Assembly: GCF_006345805.1 (NCBI RefSeq)
Contig: NC_042999.1
Span: forward strand, 150,226,001-150,290,000
Source of the DNA: Octopus sinensis
Lineage: Eukaryota
DNA: 64,000 bases
Direction of reading: 5' to 3'
Below, one piece after another: positions 50,251-62,646 of the stretch (position 1 is the stretch's first letter; every line of letters begins with the position of its first letter). Made by a program: the position numbers and the translations under genes. Under the pieces are notes generated by a model. It searched no databases. It saw nothing but the letters and a program-made list of their open reading frames with translations, and was not told where the DNA came from.

Positions 50251-50885
50251 GTATTTTGAAAGAAGTTTCTATAATTTTAAACATCAAATGGCTATGGGGC
50301 CCCACCAGAATTAAATAGTAATGAAAGGGATCTTTAGATAAAATATGATTGAGAAACCTTGCCCTGCCATCTTGAAAAGGGCATGGTGTAGTGTTGTTCA
50401 AGACACATCATTCATAAAATATGATCAGGATGGTCATGGTTGGCATGTTTTTTTTTAACATAGGTCTACTTTAATCAGGGCTGACTTGAAGTTAAACAAC
50501 AACTAGGCCTTGCTGTTGTTGTTGTTGCTGCTGCAACTATTCTGGGAGGGCTTGCAAAGGTTTCTCTTCAGTTGACTTAATTCATAAAATCAAATTGTCT
50601 TGTTACAAGTATCTTTGATTATTTTTTACCTAGCAAAGTGTCCCCCTTCCACACCATCCATATGATATATATGTATAGGTATATGCACATATATAAACAT
50701 CAGCTTGGATGACACTGTACTCAACTGACAGAGGAAAGTGTCCGATCAAATTGATTATGTAAACAGAATTCTTTTCCGCCTATTCTGATTGGAACCTTTG
50801 ATACGGAGTATCGAAATTTTATTCCCTTTCACACTTACAAAATGTCGAGCAAACTTAAAAATTTGTTGTTACTGTTATTGTCAAT

Positions 50886-51002
50886 ATGAGCAGAACTTAT
50901 GAATCGTTTACTGTGAAGGAGAAACTGAATATGTGCTCCATTGCGATAGGTAGAAACTCCAAGGAATGTAAAATATGGCCTGGGTTATGTTTACCAGCAT
51001 GA
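50886..51002 (+). pseudogene. pogo/Tigger-like transposase N-terminus relic
   Basis: MSRTYESFTVKEKLN resembles the Y(S/T)xxxKL start of pogo-family CENP-B-type HTH; no TIR located. Confidence 0.35.
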
Positions 51003-51329
51003 ACATCAGACTTCAAAAACTATTTAACCATTTAGTGGTTTTAGTAAATTTCTTCAGAAAATGTATTATACTGTCCAGTATAAGTAAAAGTCAACTCCAT
51101 TATGTGTATTTAAGCTATTATTTTTTCTGTAAAAACCAATTCTGACTTTAAATGAGTCAACTTCTTGTTTAAATTTTTATGTTTTGTACATCTTTTTTCA
51201 ACAAAAAAAATTACAAAGAAAATTCTAGAAATGATCTACTCATGTAATTTATGCACTAAAGTTTATTTTTATTTTTGCAAAATAAAAGTGCATAAATTAC
51301 GTGGGTTTTTACAGTATATACATACATGT

Positions 51330-51405
51330 CAATATCCTCTGCAGGCCTATGTCAAATTAACAACATGGATATGAGAAAAGGATGTGGAATGTGGAAGACT
51401 TTATG

Positions 51406-51436
<31 letters not shown>

Positions 51437-51500
51437 AGTCTTCCACATCCTTTTCGCATATACATGTTGCTAATGTGACATAGGCCTGCAGAGGATATTG
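51330..51500. repeat. Fold-back palindrome centred on (TA)n
   Basis: caatatcctctgcaggcctatgtca...gacttta versus reverse complement; 4 substitutions and a 7-bp duplication (tgtggaa). Confidence 0.92.
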
Positions 51501-51894
51501 TTTAGATTTTATTTTAATGCCCATTACTTTTAGAAACAGAATGATTTCTCTCAATTAACAGTCATATATTTGTAGGAAGAAGACAAAAGTCCTTTCATAC
51601 TTGTCATGTTGTAGTTGTTCAGCCAAAGCTCAGCGTGATTGAGCAGATCTATGTCCAAAAATGTTCTGGCTGCAGTGATATTATTCAATGTGTAATTCTA
51701 TTTTTATTATGATAGAGTGTAATTTGCAGGCAATTCAGCTTCTATTTTTTACCACCTGAGAGGCCATGTTGAGTCTCTCACATTGTCTTGGAGAATTGCC
51801 ATCTTATCTCTAGATGATGGTCAGTCTGACTATGAAAGCAATGATTCTAAACACCTCCACCACCACCACAATCATCAACACCACCTACAGCTTA

Positions 51895-52170
51895 TTCTTT
51901 GATGATGATGTTGATGATGATGATGATGCTAGTAATGTTGATGATGATGATAGTAGTAATAATAATAATAATAATAGTAATGATAATGATGATAATAATA
52001 ATAATAGTAATGATAATAATAATAGTAATGATAATAATAATAATAATAATAGTAATGATAATGATGATAATAATAATAGTAATGATAATAATAATAATAG
52101 TAATGATGATAATAATAGTAATGATGATAATAATAATAATAATAATTATAATTATAATAATAATAATATT
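51895..52170. repeat. (GAT)n/(AAT)n compound trinucleotide array
   Basis: Direct reading. Confidence 0.95.
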
Positions 52171-52759
52171 AAGGGGCTTTGACAATTTTCTTTGGATGTC
52201 TTTGATGAATTTGTAATATGTTTGAACGAAGTGATATAAATAGGAATTGCTATAAATAGCAATCTTTTCAATCAATAACGGTGTACTTTTATCCACAATA
52301 CTTGGAAAAATATTTCTCAAGTAGTCTATCCATATTTAGTTTTAATGTTTGATATTTATTTTTGTTGTTTATATTGGGGAATAAGTATTTCTGAAGGCTT
52401 TGAAGAAGAATGCATAGTATATTAATTTTACTTGTGTTCCATCATGACATTCTTCAAATGTGTATGTTGTATTAGCATCGATAAACCTCAATCCTCTGTG
52501 GTGTTTATATACCAAGTAATATGTAAAGTATAATTGATCTACGAAATCAAAAGAATGTCTTAATAATATTTATTTAGTCTTTTCTTTGATGAAGTGTACA
52601 GAATGGCAGAATATTATCCATTTATTTATTCTTTCATTATAAATTGAAAGCATACATTTGATGACAATATATTTGTCCACATGACATAATGTTGTTTAAA
52701 ATGTACGTTTTGTTTAACCCACATTGGCCTTTTGTTTCTCACAATATCCTTTAGCATTC

Positions 52760-53525
52760 TGGTATGGTTGTGTGGTTAAGAAGTCCGCTTTTGCTTTCAG
52801 TCCCACTACGCAACACCTTGGGCAAGTGTGTTCTACTATAACCCTGAGCCAACCAATGTCGTGTGAGTGAATTTGGTAGATGAAAAATGTGTATCATCAT
52901 CATCATCATTTAACATTCATTTTCCATGGGTTGGACGGTTTGACTGAGGTCTGGAAAGCCAGCAGCTGCACTAGGTACCATTCTGGTCTGGCAGAGTTTC
53001 TACAGCTGGATGCCCTTCCTAACGCTAACCACTCTGAGAGTGTAGTGGATGCTTTTTACGTGCTACCAGCACAGGAGCCAGTCAGGTGGGCCTGGTATCA
53101 ATCATGTTTGGATAGTGCTTTCTATGTGCCACCGGCATGGGAGCCAGTCAGGAGACACTGGCATTGGCCAAATTCGGATGATGCTTTTTACATGTGTGTA
53201 TGTGTAGGTATGTGGCCAAGTGGTTAGGGTATTCAGTTCACAGTCTTAAGGTCAATACCTGGCAGCATCTTGTGTCCTTGAGCAAGACTCTTTATTTTAC
53301 ATTGTTTTTATCCACTCAGCTGGCAAAAGTGAGTTGTACCTGTAATCTAATAGGCTAGCCTAGTTGCATTCAGAGGGTCATGTTGAATCTTCCTGAAAAC
53401 TACATTAAGGGGCTGTGTGTCTGTGGAGTACTCAGCCAGTTGCATGAAAATTTCATGAGCAGGCTGTTCCATTCATTGGATCAACTGGAACCCTTGTCAT
53501 CATACCCGACAGAGTGCTAGTACAC
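52760..53525. mobile_element. OR-like SINE head (+), RTE 3' UTR repeat (52893-53190, -) and third-family SINE (53205-53525, +)
   Basis: Family motifs as above, abutting. Confidence 0.75.
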
Positions 53526-53811
53526 CAAATGCCTGTTATCTTTCCTCCCTCTCTGCATTCCACCACCAATCTGTCTTTGAGGCTTTTCAGAAAAATGGTC
53601 TTGGGTATTATTTTTCTCTTTTCCACCACCTCTGAATGAGCAATGGAAAAGAAAACCTTCTCTGTCTTGTGCCATCCATCATCACATCCTTATCCCCATC
53701 AGCATCACAAACATTATCATCTTCTGCACCATCATACCATTATCATCATCATCATCATCATCACAGAAATCTTCCTCCTCCTCATCACCTTCATTAGTTA
53801 AGCACCCTTAC

Positions 53812-53863
53812 AGAGATGCTTGGTAACTATGGTTTTGCAGACAGGCAGCCATCTTGCTGAGAG
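53812..53863 (-). CDS. Candidate 52-nt exon containing a possible start codon (MAACLQNHSYQAS..)
   Basis: tttttccccattccagacttttag|CTCTCAGCAAGATGGCTGCC...TCTCT|gtaagg; phase-2 end matches the 49446 acceptor. Confidence 0.35.
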
Positions 53864-54515
53864 CTAAAAGTCTGGAATGGGGAAAAACTGATTGGGAAAT
53901 GTCATTATTAAAACAACTGAAGGTAACATATGAATAACAGCTGGATATATATATATATATGCCAGCATGGAAGGTGGACGTTAAATGATGATGATGATGA
54001 TGATATATAATGTATGTGTGTTTGTGTAAAAGATGGATGGAGGACGTTTAAGTAGAGAGAGAGAGAGAGAATGTTTTTGACAGATCAACTGAGAAAGATA
54101 ATAATAAATTAGAGAGCTAGGTTATTAGATAAGATGATAGCATAAAGCAATATGTAGAAATAGAGTAATAGATAAACAAGATCCACTCACAATGCATTTT
54201 CTATATTTTCCAAAATTTCAATCAAATGATTTTACTGGGGTTACCACCCGCCCCCTTTTTTTTTAAATAAGTTTTAAGCAACCTTTATGAAGTTTATGCA
54301 TAATAATCCTATGGGTAATCTTAGTTAATCCAAGCTTTTCATTTCATTATATTACATGTCTTTTATCATTTACTTGTTTCAGTCATTAGATTATGGCTAT
54401 GCTGGAGCACCACCTGGACACATTTTTAGTCAAATGAATTGATCCCAGTATAATTTGTTTCCTAAACCTGGTACTTATTCTATTGGTCTTTTGCTGAACC
54501 ACTAAGTCATGGGGA

Positions 54516-54661
54516 AAACATCAACACCAGTGGTCAAGCAGACGTGAAGACACACAAATATACATACATACATGCATGCACGCACGCATGTATATATGTA
54601 TGTATGTATGTATGTATATTTGTGTGTCTTCGCATCTGTTTGACCACTGGTGTTGATGTTT
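54516..54661. repeat. Inverted duplication of a SINE segment around a (TACA)/(TATG) core, 58-bp arms
   Basis: aaacatcaacaccagtggtcaa...aagacacacaaatatacatac versus reverse complement, 3 mismatches. Confidence 0.9.
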
Positions 54662-54735
54662 GTATGTATGTATGTATATATATATATTCTTTTACTCGTT
54701 TCAGCCATGTGACTATAGTCATGCTGGAGTCCAAC

Positions 54736-54773
<38 letters not shown>

Positions 54774-54799
54774 GGGAGAGAGAGAGAGAGAGAGAGTGA

Positions 54800-55010
54800 G
54801 ATTCACACCAGAGTTAGCACATAAATGTGAAATAAGGTGGAAAAAAATAGTACTTGAATACTGAAGGTAGAGTAATATGCTTTATTATTAAAGCTGCAAA
54901 AACATCACAAAAACTTACACAGAGTTTCATGTTCTTGTTCATCAGACAGTTTCAAAACTGTCCAACGATTGGGAATTTTTAGTGACCACAAATCTCCTCA
55001 AATCTCAAGA
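54800..55010 (-). mobile_element. Penelope-like pLTR fragment with CTGATGA..GAAAC motif
   Basis: Minus strand aaactgt-CTGATGA-acaagaacat-GAAAC-tctg. Confidence 0.4.
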
Positions 55011-55099
55011 ATCTCCCTGGGGATTCTTGGAGAATATAGGATGGTAATTTTCAGCAGGTCGACAGGTCTACTTTTGTAGATTATTGTTATTATTATTAT

Positions 55100-55580
55100 C
55101 GATGAAGGTGTGAGCTTGCAAACTCATTAGCACTCCGGGCAAAATGCTTAGCAGTATTTTGTATGCTGCTACATTCTGAGGTCAAATTCCACCAAGGATG
55201 ATTTTGCTGTTCATGCTTTCGAGGTTAATAAATTAAGTACCAGTGAAACACTGGGGTCACTGTAATCGACAAGTCCCCTCCCTCCAAATTTCAAGCCATG
55301 TGCCTTTAGTAGAAAGGCTTTATATTATATCGTTGTTGCTGTTTAAGGTTGTGAGCTGGTACAATTATTAGTGAGTTGGACAAATTGCTTTGTGGCATTT
55401 CTTCTAGCTCATTATGTTCTGGTTTCAAATTCCACCGAGGTCAACTTTGCCTTTCATCCTTTCAGGGTTTGATAAAATATTTGTCCACTTGAACACTGGG
55501 GAGATGGGGGGGGTCAATATAATTGACTTATCTCTCTCCTTAAAGTTGCTGGCCTTGTGCCAGAATTTGAAACCATCATC
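55100..55580 (+). mobile_element. Two tandem OK-like SINEs
   Basis: gaggtcaactttgcctttcatcctttc; aattaagtaccag. Confidence 0.7.
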
Positions 55581-55752
55581 ATCATTTTTATTATTATTAT
55601 TATTATTTTTATCATGGGAACCGTAAAAGAGGGCAGTTGTAGAACTTTGGCAAACTGAGCTTCAGATCTAATTTCAATTCCTGAATTCAGTCAGTTCACA
55701 TATGCCACTAATTATAATATTAATATAAGAGATTAATTAATTAATTAGAATA

Positions 55753-55815
<63 letters not shown>

Positions 55816-56137
55816 TGGGGGTAGTAAATATCGTAATTAAAAAGGAGAGGAGAAAGATTATAGTAACAGGGCCAGAGATAAAGGTGGTGGGCGTAGCAAA
55901 AGGATAACTGCAGAGTGAATGGAAGAAATGTAGATTGAGGTAATTGCAATTAAGTGTACTACCATGCCATTCCATTATGAAGAGTCATTAAAATAAGATG
56001 ACAGCTGGTAGGTTTAAGAGGCTGATTCAGAAGAGTTAAGTGCTGTTGTGTCATGAGTGTTTAACAAGTTTTCATTCCACACTTTTTATGTATATAACAT
56101 ACATGCATCTAGTTGTTTACTTATTGTTGTTATATAT

Positions 56138-56248
56138 AAGAATAGTATTGACAGTGACTTTGAAGTTTTGGCAGGTTAAGCCATCATTGAACAGTCCAAT
56201 AATGACTTAGCTGGCTGAAACTTTGAAGTCATTATCAATACTATTCTT
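56138..56248. repeat. Old imperfect palindrome, 52-bp arms, 7-nt loop
   Basis: aagaatagtattga...catcattg / caataatg...tcaatactattctt. Confidence 0.85.
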
Positions 56249-56504
56249 GTCAAAGAATAATATATTTTACAGAGATGTACTTGCATAGCAAGTGACCTGA
56301 TCTGAGATCATGTGCTGGAATGAAAACAATTGCAGCATGGATGCAGCATGGAATTTTGTCAGTGAACAGGTCGCGGTCTCAAAGCGATGAAAATATTTTG
56401 ACAAATTAAATTTAAATGTTGAAGTGAATCTAATGGTTTTGTGTGTTTCTTAAATGGCTTATAAACACCTTCCACACTGCAATAATAAATTTGCACTCTA
56501 CCAA

Positions 56505-57170
56505 ACATATTGAGTGATAAGCACTAAGGGCACACAGGACTTAGACTCTCTCAAATACCCAGGAGGCTCTCTTGAGGTTGTTGATAGTTTCTGTTATCTA
56601 GGTGACCAAATTAGGAATGATGGAGGATGCTCTGAAAGTATTGTTTCTAGAATAAGAATAGGATGGAGGAAGTTCAGTGAGTTATTACCTCTTGGCAGCA
56701 AAAGGACTCTTTCTTTAAGTGAAAGGTAGATTATATGATGCTTGTGTGTGAATGGTGATACTCCATGGTAGTGAGACATGGTCTCTGAATGAAAAAGACA
56801 TGTGTAAACTAGAGAGAAATGAAGGTAGTATTCTCCTTTGGATGTGCAACATCAGTGTGCATGGATGACAAAGTGCAAATGTGTTCAGAGAAAAGTTGAG
56901 CATAAGAGGAAGCAAATGTAGCATGCAAGAGAGAAGGCTATGTTGGTTTGGATATGTGATGCGTATAAATGAAGACAGCTGTAAAATGAAGTGCTGGTCT
57001 ATGAAAGTGAATGGTGCCTGTGGAAGGAGACCCATAAAGACATGGGATTAAGTGGTAAGGACTGATCCCAAGTTGTTGGGCCTCATGGAGGAAATGACAG
57101 TGGATTGAAATGTCTGGCAATATGAGGCTCTTATGAAGACCTGCCCTCATCAGTGAAACTGAGTTCTACA
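56505..57170 (+). mobile_element. RTE-clade LINE ORF C-terminal 650 bp, inactivated
   Basis: LEVVDSFCYLGD..DGGCSESIVSRIRIGWRKFSELLP, KGRLYDACV, LHGSETW, ERRLCWFGYVMR, GRRPIKTW. Confidence 0.9.
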
Positions 57171-57627
57171 AGTGCTGTGTGTTCCACCCACACTTAATAG
57201 ATCTTTCCACACACCATACCCCAACAAACCAAACTACATATCTTCCTCAAATTTCCTCTTCATGCCCAAAGCTTATCTCTCACTTCTCAATCCTGTCCTC
57301 ATGGCCCTGCTCACCCCTCTATATACCCAGATTTTCACCAGTCACTGCACTACTATTGGCCCTTATGCTTCTTTGGCAATACCCTGCCAATTATATTATG
57401 ACATCCATACCTTGAGGGTATGCCCTGGCACTTGCCACCACATATCACTCTCTTCCTTTATCATCCTATTTATATTCTGATCCCCATTCCTTGTGAGTAT
57501 ACCATCTCTCTCCTGCTCTCTCTTGTGCTCTTGCTGCCGCCCATTCCCTCTCTCTTTCTCTTCCCTCGGGCTGGATAGCCATGTTTCTTCTTTACAGTAG
57601 CACACCTATTTCTGTTCTCATGCTTGA

Positions 57628-57658
<31 letters not shown>

Positions 57659-58729
57659 CACCACTGGATCATTCAACACATCTGTGTAATTTTTCGTGCA
57701 ATTCCACCCAGCGGTTTGACCATGAATCCCAAAACAAGAAAGACTCGCCCGTGTCATATTTATATGTCTAGACTAGCTGAATAGCCCATCATTGTCAGGC
57801 AATTTTTACAATAAAATGTCATATATAAATTTTTGTTTATTCCATGTCAGACCATGCCTTCCCCGACTGATTGGCCTCTTAATCAGGACAGATGTGCAAT
57901 TTTTCGCAAAAAGCTTTGACGATCTTTTACCTTTTTAAATAATTTACATGTCTGTTTGACTGTTTCACATGACTTTATTCATTAAAACATTAAAACTTCA
58001 GAAGTTCTTACAACTTTGGTCATTGTAATGCTTTGCTTTCATTTGTTTAATAAAAATTCCTCCTTGTAATGATTTTGCTTTCATTTTGTGATAATAGTAG
58101 AAAATCCTATGGCTATTTTGAAAATTGATGGAATTGAATATTTTTCTGACCCATTAGAATCTTGAGGTGATGTAAAATTCCATATAAGTAGTATTGAAGG
58201 TGCAATGTAAAGAAACAACTCCTCAAAATTTTTATATTCTTACGTCTTCTAGTTTGAGTGGTGTGTTATTTTTCAGTTTATGTCAAGACTGAAACAGTTT
58301 TAGCTATAGAACAAAATGAAAAACATTATCTGTAGTTTTATTGTTTTATTACATTGGTAAAGTTTTCATAAATCTTAATACAGTGATTTGAAAACAAATA
58401 TAAAAACACTTTATCTTTCACTTGCTAGTTTTACATCTGTTGTTTGACATATTGTAAAAGTTTTGACTGAGCATACAATAGTTAATTCACTCAAGCATAT
58501 GCGTTAACTGATAGGTCAAATTTAAAGAACAAAGTGTTCAAATTCGCTGTTCCTTCAGTAAACACATTCTCTCTCTCCTGCTCTATCCCTGTCTCTCATT
58601 CTCTCTGTCTCTATGTCTCCTTCCCTTCCCTAATATCAGCCACCCGCATTATGCCACCACATTTCCCCTCTATGTAACATTCTTTGCACCCTTCTCATTT
58701 TATCATTTAATAGCCCAACCCCTGTAGGG

Positions 58730-58890
58730 AGCCCATTATTGATTTTTATTGAAATCCAATTAGCCTATAACTGAACTGGATGTCACTTTAACATGTATGC
58801 AAAGTTTCATGAAGATTGATTTGCTGGTATAGGCAGCAAGATGGTAACAGACAGAAAGATAGAAATTGCCATTTATATATAAGATATACA
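58730..58890 (+). mobile_element. Possible Helitron/HINE-type 3' fragment
   Basis: atgcaaagtttcatgaagattg...acagacagaaag...gccatttatatataagat resembles DINE-like ends. Confidence 0.35.
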
Positions 58891-59516
58891 TATATACACA
58901 TGCACATGCATCATCTTCATCCTCATCATCGTTGTTTTATTATCCACTTGTCCATGTTTGCATGTGTCAGACAGAATTTATTGAAGCAGATTTTGTTACA
59001 TGCTTGTATATTTGAAAGCATATAGCCTGGTGGTTAAAGTTGTCAGATTTATGATTATAAGGTTCTGAGGTTCAATACCCATGTTGAGTGGTGCATTGTG
59101 TCCATGAGCAATGCATGTTGCTTCAGTATATTCAACTGAAAACGAGTACCAGCCTAGTATTGGTGTAGTTCTCTTTCTCTCTAACACCAGCTGTCACATT
59201 CCTTGATGCCTTGCTGGATGAAGGGTGAAAGGGACAATGCTCACAGCAAAAGTGTGGTTCAAGCTACAAGGTCACATACAAGTAAGGGCTAAGATTGTAT
59301 GCATGTGTGTGTGACTTTAAACTGCATCCAGTTGTGGGTCTCTGGTTTGGGAATTCCAGGGTTGTGAGGAATGTGGAATCACCTCTTAGCCACTATTGTT
59401 CTCAGGTCCATTCTAACCTGGAGCAGTAGCACCTGTTAGGGTTCCAGCATATGTTAACAAGCATGTGAACCACTGGGAGTGAACAAGAACAACTAGTTCT
59501 CATTAGAACTTCTTTC

Positions 59517-59745
59517 TTAACCCTTTCGTTACTGTATTTATTTTGAGATGTTCTATGTTTCTTTCAATTACTTTAAATATAACAAAGAATTTAGTAAAAT
59601 AACTTAGTTACCATTCAGCTTGTATTAGGAACATAAATTGTGACTAAGGTTTGGTGGAAGATTTTAATTTAAAACTTATGGAAACAAGACATTTGTACAA
59701 CAGAGCCAGAGCCGGTTTCAGCCGGGTTGGTAACAAAAGTGTTAA
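59517..59745 (+). mobile_element. piggyBac-type MITE family 1, 221 bp between TTAA sites
   Basis: TTAA-ccctttcgttac ... gtaacaaaagtg-TTAA (TIR 10 of 12). Confidence 0.88.
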
Positions 59746-60779
59746 AGAAGGTAAACTTACATAAAAAAAAACCTAAAATGCAGTTGCTTTCTGGTCATCT
59801 CAACTTTTGTTGTGCCAATGGTTTTGTAGTTGAAAAGTGGTTTCAGTACTGTGCAACACTTTATCCACTCCTTACAAATTCACACACAGGAACTTCTTGG
59901 GCTCTCAGAACATTTTGCATTGTCTTAATGAGTTTAGGAAGTGGTCTCAGTCACAAGTTGACTTCTAACATGGGTGTATGCATGCATATACTCTTCATAT
60001 TTTTATTACATAATTTTGGATGATAATTAAACTGAGAAAATTTAACAAATCTTTAAACATCTATGGTATTTTATCTCAATATATTGAAGCAGTACATTTG
60101 AAAGTTTGAATGAATGTTCAGTAAATGAAGGGACACTCATTAGAGAGAGAGATAGGGTGGAGGGGATTCCTTATTACTCCATCAAGCGAGAACAAACAAT
60201 TTATCTGTGGTAACTGAAACATTTTTTTCTATTTTTCACAAGAAAAGAAAATAAAGAAGGATGTCCAGAAATTTAATGGGGTTTTTTTGTATCATATTAG
60301 CAGCTGTTGTTGTTGTTATTTAGCCCCAGGTCTGCCCTGATTGACTAGACTTATGATCAAAGGCTTCATGTCTTTTCAGATAGAATTCATCTCAGACTAT
60401 ATATATCCAACATGTATTTCTTTTTTGTTTTAATGATAGTAGTGTGTTCCAAGAGAAATTCAGCTGCTATTTCTAACAGGCCAAGCAGGCCATAGATTCC
60501 CCTGTTAGTAATATATTAGTTGATATCTATACAAGAGGTGGCCAGGTTGTTAGTGTGAAAATACTGTGTACTGTTGATAAGGCAAGGTATATATAACTGA
60601 AAATCCTCTAGAAGACATGGGAAGAAGTGCTTCTAAGTTTGTTGCCACTATTTCCTTGGAATACATTGCAGTTGAGAATCTGTGAATGGCATCTGTGATA
60701 GACAAGCATCATATCTAGGAGAAAATTTATGTCTCATCTATCAGAAGCTTCAAAACTAACACATACACCATATTTATTT

Positions 60780-61030
60780 TTTATCTTTTACTCGTTTCAG
60801 TCATTGGACTGCAGCCATGCAGGGGTACCATCTTAAAGAGTTTGCACCTGAGCACTGTATACAATAATTTCATTATTATTATTATTAAATTAACACCAGT
60901 ATTAATTTTTCAAGCTTGGAACTTACTCCATTGGTCTCCTTTATTGAACCACTAAGTTACAGGGATGTAAACAAACCAACTGACTGTCAAGTGGTGGTGG
61001 AAGATAAACACAAATACACACATACATAGC
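60780..61030 (-). mobile_element. OR-like SINE carrying a ~45-bp CR1 terminus (about 60843-60890)
   Basis: gcacctgagcactgtatacaataatttcattattatt inside the SINE. Confidence 0.65.
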
Positions 61031-61235
61031 TATACATATATATATATAGTACAATAATTAAGAGGAGGTTTTTGGTACAGTATTATATATGTATTTGAAA
61101 GAATGAGTAGAGATAGCTTTTTTGAGGAGATAATTTTTATTTTAATCTTAATAATAATGTTTACAGTGAGTTACTCTGATATGAGTTTGAAGCCATCTCT
61201 ACTTGTTCTTTCAAATATATATATATGTGTATATC

Positions 61236-61396
61236 AGTGGCGACTCCGGCATTCGGGCTGTTCAGGCTTAACCTGAGTATAAATTTAATAGAGTGAACAT
61301 GTATTTGCAAACTAATTTAATTTCTACCAACACTGACTTCAAGTATGTAATTTCAGTCAATAACCTGGGCTCTTTTTATTGAGCCTAGTCGCAGTT
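61236..61396. mobile_element. Possible hAT-type MITE
   Basis: cagtggcgactcc at left; degenerate agtcgcag at right. Confidence 0.3.
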
Positions 61397-61904
61397 CATT
61401 TAATTTCATTCAGCATCTGGCGATCGTCTTAGAGGTGTCCTGTATCAAAAAATATATGTAGCAAACGTTCTCTTGACATCATTCACATGTACCTGACTCA
61501 TGCTCAGAAGTTACAGCCCAAATTGTTATCTATAATTGTAAAAATTAAATATAATTCAAATTCAATGTTTTCTTGTGACAATCAATTTCTATACAGATTA
61601 GGATTTAAATTCCAATCTATGAAAAGTTTCTGTTCTACACTATTCTTAAAAGAACAAAAAATTACCCAACAACTTGAGCTAATATGAACAAAGCTTGGCA
61701 GGTGTAAAAGACTAACTGCCATCTCTTGTCAAGAGAACAGGTGACAGTCAGATTACTGATGTTTGTTGTGCACTCTGCTGTTGTTATTTGATTGCTGTTA
61801 TTCTGTGTGTCTGTGTGTAGAGATCAGTTGTGTTTTGCAGGGTTGCTTTATTTTTTCCCTTAACTTAGAAATAGAGAAAGCCATAGTACTAGATACATAC
61901 AATG

Positions 61905-62033
61905 GAGAATTCATCCATAGAATAATCAATATATTTATTATAATAGTCAATTCATGTTGCCTACACGTGTTTTGGGGGCAACATGAATTGACTATTATAA
62001 TAAATATATTCATTATTCTATGGATGCATTCTC
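61905..62033. repeat. Near-perfect hairpin, 57-bp arms, 15-nt loop
   Basis: 61905-61961 versus 61977-62033, 2 mismatches. Confidence 0.95.
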
Positions 62034-62309
62034 GGTTAGCTTTTTATTATTAAAATTTTTTCTCCCATATCGAAAAGATGGTAACATCTATGCCGACAAC
62101 TGGAATTCCAAAAAGGTACTAATATCAAAGAAGAACCAGAGATAAACTCTAGTACATATGCGCATGTGAAATTTCTAGTATTGTTAATTGATATAGAGCT
62201 AATCCAGTGTACGCTTGGATAAATATCCCTAGGAAAAAAACCTCTTTCCCCACAGACTTTTATATATCCATACATACATACATACATACGTACGTACGTG
62301 TGTGTGTGT

Positions 62310-62518
62310 GTGCTTTTTTATTCTTTTACTTGTTTCAGTCATTTGACTGTGGCCATGCTGGAGCACCACCTTTAGTCAAACAAATTGACTCCAGGACTTA
62401 TTCTTTGTAAGCTTAGTAATTAATGTATCGGTCTCTTTTGCCAAATTGCTAAGTTACCGGGACATAAACACACCAGCATCGGTTGTCAAGCAATGGTGGA
62501 CACACACACACACAATAT

Positions 62519-62575
<57 letters not shown>

Positions 62576-62610
62576 CACGATGGGCTTCTTACAGTTTCTG
62601 TTTACCAGAT
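62310..62610 (-). mobile_element. OR-like SINE
   Basis: gtttcagtcatttgactgtggccatgctggagcaccacc...cggttgtcaagc. Confidence 0.8.
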
Positions 62611-62646
62611 CCACTTTGCCTGGTATGCTAATGATCCTGCCAGCTT

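Noticed and set aside
51814-52320. Poly-Asn/Asp, poly-Ile and poly-Met ORFs
   Set aside because: Trinucleotide array open in several frames; no splice or domain support
52170-52400. Possible Penelope ORF relic (IWID..NIFPSIVDK)
   Set aside because: Similarity too weak without a profile search
53630-53800. Acidic or His-rich peptide readings
   Set aside because: (CAT)n/(CCT)n simple repeats bounded by stops
59205-59260. gatgaagggtgaaaggg resembling the 3547 hammerhead
   Set aside because: Stem II and GAAAC box absent
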